Assembly (NCBI GenBank): GCA_951406725.2
Contig: OX597825.1
Span: 36,890,001-36,954,000 of the forward strand
DNA: 64,000 nucleotides
DNA from: Octopus vulgaris
Lineage: Eukaryota
Direction of reading: 5' to 3'
Shown: piece after piece, positions 1 through 12,148 of the stretch
Numbering within the stretch: the stretch's first letter is position 1
Layout: each line of letters opens with the position of its first letter
Notes under the pieces: generated by a model
What the model saw: only the letters and a program-made list of their open reading frames with translations
Told to the model about the DNA's origin: nothing
Database searches by the model: none
Made by a program: the position numbers and the translations under genes

Positions 1-236
1 CTTTGGTATATATATACAGCGTTTTGACAGCAAAAATTAAAATGGCTTTTTTGTACATCTCAGAATATTTTAAGTATGTTTTTACTGACCTGTCAGTATT
101 AGCAGAAAGGCTGAACTCGAGTTCAGCCTTTCTGCTAATACTGACAGGTCAGTAAAAACATACTTAAAATATTCTGAGATGTACAAAAAAGCCATTTTAA
201 TTTTTGCTGTCAAAACGCTGTATATATATACCAAAG
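1..236. repeat. Perfect spacer-less palindrome (118-bp arms, centre CTC|GAG at 118/119); may extend left of the window
   Basis: 1-118 is the exact reverse complement of 119-236 (ctttggtata... / ...tataccaaag). Confidence 0.97.
137..225 (+). ncRNA. Decayed type I hammerhead ribozyme-like motif with long stem II (mirror copy at ~12-100 on the minus strand)
   Basis: aata-CTGACAG(141-147)-gtcagtaaaaa...tttttgctgtc-AAAA-c-gct-g-TA-tat; stem II pairs, but the core deviates from CUGANGA/GAAA. Confidence 0.45.
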
Positions 237-344
237 ATTGTATATATATACATGTAATGTGACAATTTGCGACAACCAATAATTAACGCAACCAATTCCC
301 AATAATATATTTGTTTTATCCTTTTCTGCCAAATTTTCCCAAAT

Positions 345-572
345 AATGTGACAATTATGTATAAAAAAACATTTTTGAATTCATAATATCCAATGTGACA
401 ATTATGTAAAAAACATTTTTGAATTCATAATATCCAATGTGACAATTATGTAAAAAACTTTTTTGAACCCATAATATCCAATGTGACAATTATGTAAAAA
501 ACTTTTTTGAATGCATAATATTCAATGTGACAATTATGTAAAAAACTTTTTTTGAACCCATATTATTCAATG
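345..572. repeat. Minisatellite, about 5 copies of a 44-45 bp unit
   Basis: caatgtgacaattatgtaaaaaac(a/t)tttttgaa..cataatatc repeated at ~345, 391, 435, 479, 523. Confidence 0.93.
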
Positions 573-735
573 TTTCCTTAAATGTAACTTTTGACAATCT
601 TTTACCAAAGAGTGAAACCGGTTAAGTAAATAAACATCGTTTAAATTGCATTTTCAAACCTTTTTTCTTATATATATATATATATATATATATACATACA
701 TACATAAACATACATACATGCATACATGCATACAC

Positions 736-791
<56 letters not shown>

Positions 792-960
792 TGAAATGTC
801 CCCGCACAAATGGAGATAAAGAATTAATAAAAATTCTGATTGCCTCCTTTCTCTTAATATACAAAATCTGTACATCACTTCTAACATATACACATATTGT
901 TATACTTGGGGACGGTCATATTTTACCAGCGAACACACGCACTATATATTTGGTCTTCAC

Positions 961-1008
<48 letters not shown>

Positions 1009-1064
1009 GTTATTGTTATTGTTATTATTGTTATTGCTATTGTTATTATTATTATTACTATTAC

Positions 1065-1095
<31 letters not shown>

Positions 1096-1136
1096 GTTAT
1101 TGTTATTGTTATTGTTATTATTATTATTACTATTAC

Positions 1137-1196
<60 letters not shown>
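961..1196. repeat. (TAT)n/(TAA)n microsatellite with TGT/TAC variants, abutting the 3' end of the R4/Dong element
   Basis: Direct reading. Confidence 0.97.
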
Positions 1197-1378
1197 TTTT
1201 TTTTCTTCTTTCAAATTTGCTTCCATTTCTTGCCGAGTGTCTTCCCGACTCCTAGGGCAAAGAAACTCATAGTATACATTGGTAGGCCATTAAACCAAAC
1301 TCAATAGTTCGTTCATTTTTTTTTATTTAAAAAATTTTTTTTTAAAGTTAAATTAAAATACATGAGCAGCAACAGTTC

Positions 1379-2191
1379 TCACATCGACAATGATCTTCTC
1401 AATACGTGTGATGTACCAGTTAAGACAATCTTTTGCACTTCTTGCAGGGATGGTAAGCCAGGGATCATTCTCATATAATTTTCGGTTCCCTTCTTGATCA
1501 TTCCTAGTGCTCCTACGATCACTGGTATTGTAACCGCCTTGAGATGCCACATTTTCTCAATTTCAATGAGTAGGTCTTTATATTTTCTGAGCTTGTCAAA
1601 CTCTTTCGCTGAGATATTATGATCACAGGGGATGCTCATGTCGATCAATAAGCAAACTTTATTGTTTTGGTCTTTCGCAACAATATCTGGTTTATTGGCC
1701 TTAATGGTTCGGTCTGTATGTATTGGAAAGTCCCACAGAATGGTTACATTTTCTCCTTCAGTTACAGCCTCAGGGTGGTGATTATACCACTTGTCGGCAG
1801 TTTTGATATTGTAATGCCGACTTATTAGCCAGTGTAGATATTGGCCAACTCTGTCATGTCTTAATTTATACTCCACTGGAGCTAAGACTTTACATCCAGA
1901 GATTAGGTGGTCCACTGTTTCAATCATGTCGTTGCAGAATCGGCATTTTGGGTCTGCTCCATTTTTCATCACATTGGCCTGGTAGTTCCGGGTTAATAGG
2001 CTTTGATCTTGAGCAGCCAGGATGAAACCTTCGCTCTCTGCTTTTAGCCCTGAGCTCCGTAGCCACTGATGGGTTTGCTTCTGGTCAACATCAGCTTGTT
2101 TGCTGCGGGTCACATATTTGCCGTGCAGAGGTTTCTCCTCCCACCTATCAGCCAATTGCTCGTGCGCTTTTTTCGTTGCCATTATTTTCAC
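1379..2191 (-). CDS. C-terminal part of the same polyprotein: CCHC zinc knuckle + RLE endonuclease (frameshifted from the upstream ORF)
   Basis: CRFC..ETVDHLISGC knuckle, RHD, KPDIV, LIDMSIP, K..KY..L, IPVIVGALG motifs typical of R2/R4/NeSL RLE domains. Confidence 0.93.
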   Translation of the reverse strand: MKIMATKKAHEQLADRWEEKPLHGKYVTRSKQADVDQKQTHQWLRSSGLKAESEGFILAAQDQSLLTRNYQANVMKNGADPKCRFCNDMIETVDHLISGCKVLAPVEYKLRHDRVGQYLHWLISRHYNIKTADKWYNHHPEAVTEGENVTILWDFPIHTDRTIKANKPDIVAKDQNNKVCLLIDMSIPCDHNISAKEFDKLRKYKDLLIEIEKMWHLKAVTIPVIVGALGMIKKGTENYMRMIPGLPSLQEVQKIVLTGTSHVLRRSLSM

Positions 2192-5037
2192 CTCTTTGCA
2201 ACAATAATTGCCGTACTTCCCTCGGGTTGTTCTGTTTGGGTATCCTGCACGAGATCAATAGCAAATTTTTTGCTTTCCTTTATGATAGAATGAAGCTTCT
2301 TTCGTCTCTCGTGATTTTCCACGAGCTTTAGCATCCAGTCATTCGATATTTCGAGATATTTGGCCAGTCCAATTGTGGTTGTTTTGTAAGCTAGTTCAAA
2401 TTGGATCAGGCCTCGACCTCCTTGGGCTCTGGGAAGGTAAAGGCGATCTACGTCTGCCTTTGGGTGGTGCATCCTATTACAACTCAGCAGCTTGCGTATT
2501 TTCCTATCTATATTTTTTACTTCACTCATATTCCAGTTCAATACATTGTAGCTATAAGTAACAACTGGAACTGCTAAGGAATTTATAGCTAACACCTTGT
2601 TACGTGCATTTAGTTCAGATTTCAGGACTGCACGAACTCTCCTATAACATTCCTTCCTGATCTTCTCTTTCATGCTTGCATGCTGAATACCAGAGCCTTC
2701 ATTTATCCCTAAATATTTGTATGTTTGTTCTTGCTCAAGCTCTCTTATGACTGTGTCAACATCTAACACGACTGAATTTGTGGTCTTCACTTTCCCTTTC
2801 TGGAAAGTGGCCTTGGCACACTTCTCAAGTCCAAACTCCATCCCGATGTCATCGCTGAAGGCTTTCACAGTGCGCAATAGGCCTTCAAGTTCATTATTGT
2901 CTTTACCATAAAGTTTTAAGTCATCCATATAAAATAGATGGCTTATTTTTTTATTGGCAATTTTATACCCATACCCTGTTCTGTTTAATTCACTTGTAAG
3001 GGGTATTAGGGCTATGCAGAATATTAAAGGTGAAAGTGAGTCACCTTGAAAAATTCCACAGTTGATGTTTATATTTTCTGAGGCAAGTACTCCATTAGAG
3101 TGGTATAATTGGAGATTCGTATTCCACAACGACATATTGTGCTTCAGGAAGTTTGAAATCACAGGGGAAATTTTGAAGATGTCCAGCGATCTCAAGATCC
3201 ATGGATGCGGTATACTGTCGAAGGCCTTTTTATAGTCAATCCATGCAGTGCTGAGATTTCTGCGCTTGTTGTGACAGTTCTCAAGGATCATACGATTGAT
3301 TAGCAGTTGATCTTTGCATCCGTAAGAGCCTCGGCGGCACCCTTTTTGTTCAATGGGGAAAATATCGTTCTTCTCCATGAATGCATATGTTTTCTCCGCC
3401 AGGATAGATGTTAGGATTTTATACGTGGTGGATAGACAGGTTATAGGCCGATAGTTTTTTGGAAGGTTGGTTTCGTTATTCTTTGGGAGTAGGTAAGTAA
3501 TGCCACTTGCTAACCATTCAGGTGTTTTCTTTGGGTCTCTCATAATTCCATTGAGCAGCTGAACTAGCTTACCGTGTGCGCATGGGAGCGATGCGAGCCA
3601 GAAATTCGGCACCCTATCTTTACCGGGGGATTTCCAATTATGGGCCTTCGTGAGTGCCTTTCTTAGGTCTGCTATTGTGATGTCTTCCCATGCTTGTTGT
3701 TGTAAATTTTGGTAGGATCCTTCAGTTTGTATAATCCAGTCTGCATTTATGTTGTGCGTCTTCTTGTCACTCCAAATACTTTTCCAAAAGTTTTGAACTT
3801 CTTCCATGGGAGGGGGGTCTTTAACGGTTACTTTCTCCTTCCCTATTTCTCTGTAGAATGTTTTGGCATTGGATGTGAACAGCTTATTTTGCTTGTAAAA
3901 CTTGTTTCTCTTCTCAAATCTTCGTATTCTTTGGGCTTTTATTGATATCAGTTCTTCTCTTGGTGAGGATCCAAATTTTCTCTTCATCTTTCTTCCTGTT
4001 CTGGATCTTACATCATTTCCACATATTAGTTCATTTAATATTGATATTTCCCCTCTCATAAATTCAATCACTTTTTCAATTTTACTTCTCCAGGTTTGAT
4101 TTCTTCCCAGGTTTGGTTTTCTTTGTTTTTTCGGGGGCATACAGCTGGTTTCAATTGCCCTAGCAGAAGCGTAAATAATTTCATTTAACTCAGTAAAATC
4201 AGGTTTTAATTCTCGTATTATTTCATTTGTTACATAGTTGCCAATTTGGATTTGTTTTTTATTTTGGTTTGTATTTGAGAGTTTATGAAGTGGTTCTCTA
4301 TCATTCATACTTGTATGTCTTACAACTTCAAGTGTATTCAGGATTTTCTGCCTCATTTCTGCCATAGACTCTCTGTGTTCTTCAGCAAATGCGAGATCTT
4401 CAGTTACTGTTGTTTTTTCGTTTTCCTGGCTATCTTTAACAGGTACAATAGAATTTCTTGTATCTTCAGGCCTTTGCGTACTTTGGTCAGATGGCAGTCT
4501 TTCAATTAAGCCTCGTGGCGGGCTATACTGTTCATCTGATTCTTCATTTCCTTTGTGTCTTATATTTATGTCATTTTCCGTTGCGTGCTTGATCGCACTT
4601 ATTTCACTGTCTGTGAGTCTGTTATTTCTAAGGATATCCCTCCTCACATTTGCTAATTTGTTCTCGTCCAAATAGGGCCTACTGTCTTGATTCCGTGTTC
4701 TCCATATACTGTAAGAGTTTGCGGTGTGTCTCTCTTGAGATGGCCTACCTAATGCATAGTAATAAGCGTATATTACTTCTTTATACTCTTCTCGGGTCCA
4801 TTTGTTCCGCTTACATTTTTCTTTCTGTGGTGGTTGTGGTGGTGAACTTGGAGGGCTCGAGTTGGGGGATTTCCCGTTCAAGTGACCATCCATGTCCGTA
4901 TTCGGAGAAGAGTTTGTGCCAGTTGATGACTTTTCGATCCCAGGCTGGCTCTTCCCTGGGGGACGCGCTTCCAGATTAACCATAGGACAAGCGATTTGGT
5001 ATACTGATTTAGTTTTCCTTTTAGTTTCCAAAAACAT
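2188..5037 (-). CDS. Non-LTR retrotransposon polyprotein, N-terminal part with reverse transcriptase
   Basis: 949-aa ORF with KSPGKD, NYRPITCL, WIDYKKAFDSIPH, GIFQGDSLSP, HLFYMDDLKLY, YKYLG, RLYLPRAQGGRGL motifs. Confidence 0.95.
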   Translation of the reverse strand: MFLETKRKTKSVYQIACPMVNLEARPPGKSQPGIEKSSTGTNSSPNTDMDGHLNGKSPNSSPPSSPPQPPQKEKCKRNKWTREEYKEVIYAYYYALGRPSQERHTANSYSIWRTRNQDSRPYLDENKLANVRRDILRNNRLTDSEISAIKHATENDINIRHKGNEESDEQYSPPRGLIERLPSDQSTQRPEDTRNSIVPVKDSQENEKTTVTEDLAFAEEHRESMAEMRQKILNTLEVVRHTSMNDREPLHKLSNTNQNKKQIQIGNYVTNEIIRELKPDFTELNEIIYASARAIETSCMPPKKQRKPNLGRNQTWRSKIEKVIEFMRGEISILNELICGNDVRSRTGRKMKRKFGSSPREELISIKAQRIRRFEKRNKFYKQNKLFTSNAKTFYREIGKEKVTVKDPPPMEEVQNFWKSIWSDKKTHNINADWIIQTEGSYQNLQQQAWEDITIADLRKALTKAHNWKSPGKDRVPNFWLASLPCAHGKLVQLLNGIMRDPKKTPEWLASGITYLLPKNNETNLPKNYRPITCLSTTYKILTSILAEKTYAFMEKNDIFPIEQKGCRRGSYGCKDQLLINRMILENCHNKRRNLSTAWIDYKKAFDSIPHPWILRSLDIFKISPVISNFLKHNMSLWNTNLQLYHSNGVLASENININCGIFQGDSLSPLIFCIALIPLTSELNRTGYGYKIANKKISHLFYMDDLKLYGKDNNELEGLLRTVKAFSDDIGMEFGLEKCAKATFQKGKVKTTNSVVLDVDTVIRELEQEQTYKYLGINEGSGIQHASMKEKIRKECYRRVRAVLKSELNARNKVLAINSLAVPVVTYSYNVLNWNMSEVKNIDRKIRKLLSCNRMHHPKADVDRLYLPRAQGGRGLIQFELAYKTTTIGLAKYLEISNDWMLKLVENHERRKKLHSIIKESKKFAIDLVQDTQTEQPEGSTAIIVAKR

Positions 5038-5630
5038 TTTGGTGCTACGATAATGTTATCATTTTTTAGCTTTGGTTGGCTCGTGGGGAGACGGCCATCG
5101 TTGCCGTTACAATTATAATCGTACCATTATAGCAGCCGTAGTCGGCTTATTATTGTTATTATCATCACCATTATTATCACTATCATCATTATCACCACCA
5201 TTACCATCATCATTATCATCATCACCATCACCATCACCACCATCATCATCAATGATATTGTTTTATGTGTAGTCACAGCAGTATCTTATTATTGTTATTT
5301 TTGTTTTTTTATCCTTATCACCATCACAGTAGTGTCTGTCTGTCTCGTTGGCTGGCTTGATGGTTGGCTGGCTGACTGTCTTCAATGCCAGAGTTCTTGC
5401 CTGTCAAATAATACTTTCATATTTGGTTAACAATAGAGGTGAGGTTTGTGCTGGTTGAACTCTTTGAGTGTGTGTGTGTGTGTGTAGATAGATAGATAGA
5501 TTATCAGCACTATTACTATCATTATTATCATCATCACCATCATCACCATCACCACCAGTGATATTTTTTTTTAGGTGGGGTAAAAAAAAAGTTCAGATGT
5601 TTACTACTATTAGCCTTAAGAAAAATTAAG

Positions 5631-6535
5631 GAAGGGCTGTTCTGTATTGTTTGTGAATAGAGAAGTTGTGTTCGACCAGAGAGAATCTTAGCATCATCAT
5701 TTTTTTTTTTCCATGTGCGTTTGTGTTATTGCAATAAAAATTGTTTGTATATTTCGTGTAAGGTAATATTGTGGAGGTTGAAGTTGACTTTTCTAGAGAT
5801 GTTTGTATGTCCAGTTAGAAGAACAGGTGTGTTTTTGCAATAAAAAGTATATGTTTACATTTATATTTGAATATTCTGGGAGGAAGCAAAGAAAAGTCAG
5901 ATTTTCATAGAAAGTTTTAGGGTTTTGCAAGTCCACAAAAAGAAAAGCGTGATGTTTTTAGAGAGAAGAAAAAAAAGGATGTTTACAGAGGCAATTGTGG
6001 GTATCAAAGTTTTTAAAGCTGGTCGAATGTATGATTGAAAACTGTAGATATGTAAATTTGTAAATTTTCTTAACTTATTTTGAAGGGCTGTTCTGTATTA
6101 TTTGTGAATAGAGAAGCTGTGTTCGACCAGAGAGAATCTTAGCATCATTATTTTTTCCATGTGCGTTTGTGTTATTGCAATAAAAAGTGTTTGTATATTT
6201 CGTGCAAGGTAATATTGTGGAGGTTGAAGTTGACCCCTCTAGAGATGTTTGTATGTCCAGTTAGAAGAACAGGTGTGTTTTTGCAATAAAAAAAAGTATA
6301 TGTTTACATTTATATTTGAATATTCTGGGAGGAAGCAAAGAAAAGTCAGATTTTCATAGGAAGTTTTAGGGTTTTGCAAGTCCACAAAAAGAAAAACGTG
6401 ATGTTTTTAGAGAGAGGAAACAAAAAGAAAAAAAAAGGGTGCTTACAGAGGCAGTTGTGGGTATTAAAGTTTTTAAAGCCGATCGGATGTATGTTTGAAA
6501 GCTGCAGATATGTAAATTTGTAAATTTCTTAACCC
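5631..6535. repeat. Tandem duplication of a ~450-bp unit (two diverged copies)
   Basis: gaagggctgttctgtatt... at 5631 and 6082; co-linear through gtaaatttgtaaattt. Confidence 0.92.
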
Positions 6536-6705
6536 ACTTTGAAGAGAATTTCAAATACTCACGAGGTATTGTAGATGTTCCAGTCTTTGAGAGTTATTTT
6601 TCCCGTTGCTAAACTGGCCCATATTAGTGTTTCTATGGCTTTCGGCCACCGAACTGTCAGAGCAGTAAGGAACACGTCCAGCCGCTGTCAAGGCTGGTGC
6701 TCAAC

Positions 6706-6775
<70 letters not shown>

Positions 6776-7546
6776 TTTATAGTTTCTTCGTCAAAGCTCT
6801 TTCGTCACGCAGCATGAGACCTCATCTACGACACTTTATCCCACGTATCTCCTCTTGTTCTGCTTAGTTCGTTTTTTCCGGATGTGTGACAAAAGAGCTT
6901 TGACCAAGAAACTAAAACAACAAGAATGATAAAGGTGAAGTGAAGATCAAATATATTGTGTAAAATATGATCATTCTCAAGTATAGCAGTATCTGTTTCT
7001 GCCCCCTTATGAGTGGGATACAGTATATCTAGTTGTTTTGCAGCCATCGATGCAGCCTGTATCCCGTCAGGTGTCTGATGCAAATAAGATACGTTACTAC
7101 GAACATATACTGTGTTTCACATGATAATCTGTTATTTCCCGTAGTGTATCGGCTACACTGGCATAGGAGGGAATAATTTCGATGAAAGTGGTCAAATCGG
7201 CATGCTACTAGGCATATACCCAAACTCCAAATAATTACCATATATATATATTTATGGTAATTATGTGAATATATAAATATTCCTTTACAAGTACATATAC
7301 GTATAAATATACATGCACACACACACACACACATATGTACCTACACACACACATATATACATGTATATATACATACATACATACATACATACATAAATAC
7401 ATACATATAAATATATACATACATATATATATAGATGTATGTATATATATACATACATAGATATATATATATATCGATACATACATATATATATATATAC
7501 ATATATTCATACATACCCTAAACGATTATGTGTATGTATATGTCTG

Positions 7547-7626
<80 letters not shown>

Positions 7627-7627
7627 C

Positions 7628-7658
<31 letters not shown>

Positions 7659-7924
7659 GATATTACCCCAGGACTTAATTTCTCAAGCTTAGTACTTATT
7701 CTATTGGTTCTTTTGTTGAACCGTCACATTATGGGGATGTAAATAAACACATACGCAAGGACAGTATTATACACAGACGCGCGCACACATACACACGCAC
7801 GCACACATACACACGCTCGCACACTCACACACACAGACACATGGACATACATACGCACATTCACACACAAACACGCACGTACGCACACACACACAAAGAC
7901 ACACACATGAATATATCTATCTAT

Positions 7925-8080
7925 ATACGGTGGGCTTCTTTCAGTTTCCGCCTGCCTAATCAACTCATAAGTCTTTGTTTGCCTCTGGTTCTTGTAGAAG
8001 ACACTTGCACAAGGTGCCACGCAGCGGCAGCGAACGCAGAACCATGTTGTTGGGAAGTACACTGCGTACCTCCCGCTACA
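7925..8080 (-). mobile_element. 5' part of tRNA-derived SINE family A (diverged)
   Basis: Matches the tttcagtttccg...gtagaagacacttgc.caaggtgccacgcag block of other copies. Confidence 0.75.
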
Positions 8081-9151
8081 TCTGTATTGAGTTTCTGATT
8101 AATGCAAATAATTTTACGTGATAGACAAACAACCAGGCAGGCAGATAGACAGATAGACAGATAGATATATAGATAGATAAATAGACAGATAGATAGACAG
8201 ATAGATTGATAGATAGTCATATTTTTATTGGCAGTTCCTTTGAAGTAAACTGTTTCAAGCTGGTTGACAAAACTTCGAAATAACTATGATCATTAACAAA
8301 ATATTTATCTCTACTTAAAATCCTTATGTTAATACTTTTTGTTTATAGATAACAAACATCTGCGTACAGCTATGTCTCTCTCTGTCTATACCAGTGTGAA
8401 TTACAACTAAAGGAACAATGAAACCGAAATGCTGTTAGGTTGAATCGAATAACATCTGTTCGAAGTTGAGTTTGCGTGATATGAACCACTACTCGATGGG
8501 AATGACAAATTCAATATATATATATGCGTGTGTGTGTTTGAGTGTGTACGTGAGTATGTATGTATACATGAATGTGCATGTATAAATTTACATACATACA
8601 TACGTACATAGTACACACACACATACACACACACACACACACACGCACACACATACACAAATATGTATATATCTATCAAGACACATGACCTCACCACCAC
8701 ATGTTCTTATAATGCGTTGATAGAACATACTTTGAACTTTGTGAGTTAAAAGACAGCAAAAACCAGCCCCGGTCAGTAAAAATTATTTCTAGTAAAATTC
8801 GATTTTTTTCAGCTGCAGAACCCTTTGGGCTATAACATGCACTAGAGTTTATTCCATAATCTCCAATTTTTTTCTCTTTTATTTATTCTGTTTTTAAAAT
8901 TTTTTTTTATTTTATGATATGTGCGTAAAACGTTCCTTGTGAAAACAAACTAATACTTTTACAGTAAATCTGCTGTATGAAAAATTTTTACTTTGGAAAC
9001 ATATTTTTGTATTTTCATTCCCGTACCTATATACATATATGATAAAACTTTTTACCTCTTATGTAAAAAAATAAATAAATAAAGCTCATTCTATTCAAAC
9101 AAATATATATGTATAAAAATCTAGCGCATTTACAACTATCTTAATATTTCC

Positions 9152-9265
<114 letters not shown>

Positions 9266-9485
9266 CTAATGTAGGATAAAGTTTTTTTCGGGAAAAAAAA
9301 ACTTTATCAATGGCCAGCATATAAAAAAATACCTTTAAAGGTTAAATTTATAAACAATTTACAAAAATAAGGGCAAAAGAAAAATTCTAATGCCAAATAT
9401 GCCGAAAAAAAGACAAAAATTGTCAATAACCATTATATTTTATGCGTCTCGAAACAAACCGATAGAAATTTCTAAAAATCCGTTA

Positions 9486-9546
9486 TTACCGTATTGGTCC
9501 CAATTTCGGGGTTAATTCATAAGAATTTTCCCCTCTTCAGCGATAA
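9486..9546 (-). ncRNA. Type I hammerhead ribozyme, intact core
   Basis: Minus strand: ttatcg-CTGAAGA-gggg aaaattc ttat gaattaa cccc-GAAA-ttgg ga ccaa-TA-cggtaa; stems I, II and III all pair. Confidence 0.88.
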
Positions 9547-9823
9547 ATACGTGAGATGTAAATGAAATACTTACTCATACTCATGGAAAAAGCAAGTACT
9601 TTTACTCCCGAAAAAAACTTTATCCTGCATTAGTTATAGATTTAATAGTGTTCACTTCCGTATTCTCTCACTCTGTGAAAGTTTCTAGTTCGAATCACAC
9701 GTGTCTCGACATGTGCCGAAGATTTTCTATTTTGGATATATTTGGGGTACTTAAGTCTGCTCAGGACTTAGTACTTGCTTTTTCCATGGGTATGAGTAAG
9801 TATTTCACTTATATCTCACGTAT

Positions 9824-9884
9824 TTATCACTGAAGAGGGGAAAATTCTTATGAATTAACCCCGAAATTGGGACCAATACGGTAA
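9824..9884 (+). ncRNA. Type I hammerhead ribozyme (second copy; mismatch at the first pair of stem I)
   Basis: ttatca-CTGAAGA-gggg...cccc-GAAA-ttgg ga ccaa-TA-cggtaa. Confidence 0.82.
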
Positions 9885-10010
9885 TAACGGATGTTTAGAA
9901 ATTTCTATCGGTTTGTTTCGTGACGCATAAATTATAATGGTTATTGACAATTTTTGTCTTTTTTTCGGCATAGTTGGCATTAGAATTTTTCTTTTGCCCT
10001 TATTTTTGTC

Positions 10011-10108
<98 letters not shown>

Positions 10109-10188
10109 TACATAAATAATATTTTAATAAACAAACCCGAAATTGTCGCTTCAAACCGGATAATATCATTACGATGCATATTATACAG

Positions 10189-10252
<64 letters not shown>

Positions 10253-10259
<7 letters not shown>

Positions 10260-12148
10260 ATGACAAGTCGATCGTCTTAAAAGGTAGAGCATTAGTAATT
10301 ATGGATACAGATTACTACAAAGAAAAGATACTAGAGATTCTTAACAACCAGAATACTATAAAGAGGAATCAACACAACCGGAGAAAGTAACTTTAAAACA
10401 CAATTGGAACATTAGTCAATGAATACCAGGACTCCTTTACAGACAAGGGGAGAGAATATTTATGCAACTGAAGAACCAAAGAAAGCAATTTTTATGGACT
10501 ACTTAAAGTCCATAAAAGCTCTGAAATACAGAGAGCCATAAAAGAACAGAGGAGCCATTATATAAGACTACAAAGGCCTACAGACCTCACAATGAGACCA
10601 ATAGTTGCAGGGCCCCAAGCACCAACACAACAACTAAGCCATTTCATAGATGTACTCCTCAAACCTTTATGCCTACTGATACCAAGCTACATAAGGGATG
10701 ACATAGACTTTCTCACACACATTCCAAAGACGGTTCTGGAAAAGACCATACTTGCAAGCTTCGATGTCACAAACTTATACACGAACATACCACACACCCT
10801 ATGTCTGGAGGCGATAAAACACTGAGTAGAAAACTACAGGGAATTCATAGATAAACGCTTCAAAACAGACTTCATCACCAAAGCCACCCAATTAATACTT
10901 GAAGAAAACACATTCACATTTAACAAGACATACCGACAGATAAAGAGCACGACTATGGGTACGAAATTCGCACCTTCATGTGCCAACCTGGTTATGGGTT
11001 TCCTTGAGAACAAACTATACGAGGAAATAGGGAAAATCTTCGAACACGAATTCAGAGAAGAAATCAAGAGAAAGTGGAAACGCTACCTCGATGACTGTTT
11101 CATGTTTTGAAACAGATCAAAAGAAGATCTACGAACATTCCACATCATCCTCAACACACTCCACCCATCTATCAACTTCACGACAGAAACCAGCTATAAC
11201 GAACTTCCCTTCCTAGACATCAACATCAAGATATACAAGTCCATTGTCACAGCAGATATAGACTACAAAAAAAAAAAACGACACACCGATATTTAAATTT
11301 CTACTCCTGTTACCTATCCCACATAAAAAGAAATATTCCATATAGTATGGCAAGTCGCATATGCAGCATAGTGGCCGACTCACAAACACGCCAAATAAGG
11401 CTAAATGAACTTAAAAAATTCCTACTAGAAGAGAAATACCCACTCAAATTACTAAAAAACGGAATCTCAAAAGCAATGAAACTGGACATCACACAACTCA
11501 GAACTCCAAAAAAGAAGAGCTAAGAAAACATCATCCCATTCATAAACACACACAACCACAGATTTACCAACATGTTTCAAATTATACAATCAAACTTACC
11601 AATAGTCCTACAAAGCCCCAAAATGGGAAACCTATTAAACAAATACTGCATAAGAAACAGTAAATACCAAGAGAAAAACCTGAAAAAACAACTGACAAGA
11701 GCAAAATTCTCATCTCATCAGAGAATGAAACCGAATTCTTTTGGAAAGAATGTGGCGATAGTAGATGTGGGATCTGCAGTAACCCCATCTACAAATATAT
11801 AGAGTAAAACAACCAAACAAAGTTTAAGAGTGGACACACATTCAAAGCAAATGCAAACATGAATTCAATACACAAAACTGAAAATATAGCATAACCTGTC
11901 CCACATGCAAGGAGAACTATAGAGGTGAAACTGGCAATTCTTTACGCCAACGAGCCAGAATTCACCGATGTCATATCCAACAGGGAGAGTTACAAAAACT
12001 TCCACTAAGTAAACACTAAGAAACATGTGGAGAAGGAAGATTCAAGATCTTTCCCTTCTATAAATGCCCAAGGAATGACACCTTTTTCAGAAAAAATATG
12101 GAACAACACTTCATAGCAAAATTCTCCCTCAAACTGAATGGCTGAAAA
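10253..12148 (+). mobile_element. Decayed Penelope-like element ORF (RT + GIY-YIG endonuclease), multiple stops and frameshifts
   Basis: FYGLLKVHK, MRPIVAGPQAPT, LASFDVTNLYTNIP, MGTKFAPSCANLVMG, WKRYLDDCF, ELPFLDI, TCPTCKENYRGETGNSLRQR motifs. Confidence 0.93.

Larger units (their letters stand above)
1197..5150 (-). mobile_element. Near full-length R4/Dong-type non-LTR retrotransposon (RT + CCHC + restriction-like endonuclease)
   Basis: Single-ORF architecture split by one frameshift; 3' UTR ends in an A-rich run joined to (TAA)n; 5' side runs into TTA/TCA repeats. Confidence 0.9.

Noticed and set aside
345-572. CRISPR-like regular repeats
   Set aside because: Contiguous units with no unique spacers, no cas genes, eukaryotic context
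5040-5150. HDV-like ribozyme at the 5' end of the R4/Dong element
   Set aside because: A cgt-ctcccc-acg hairpin exists on the minus strand, but I could not assemble P1/P2/P1.1
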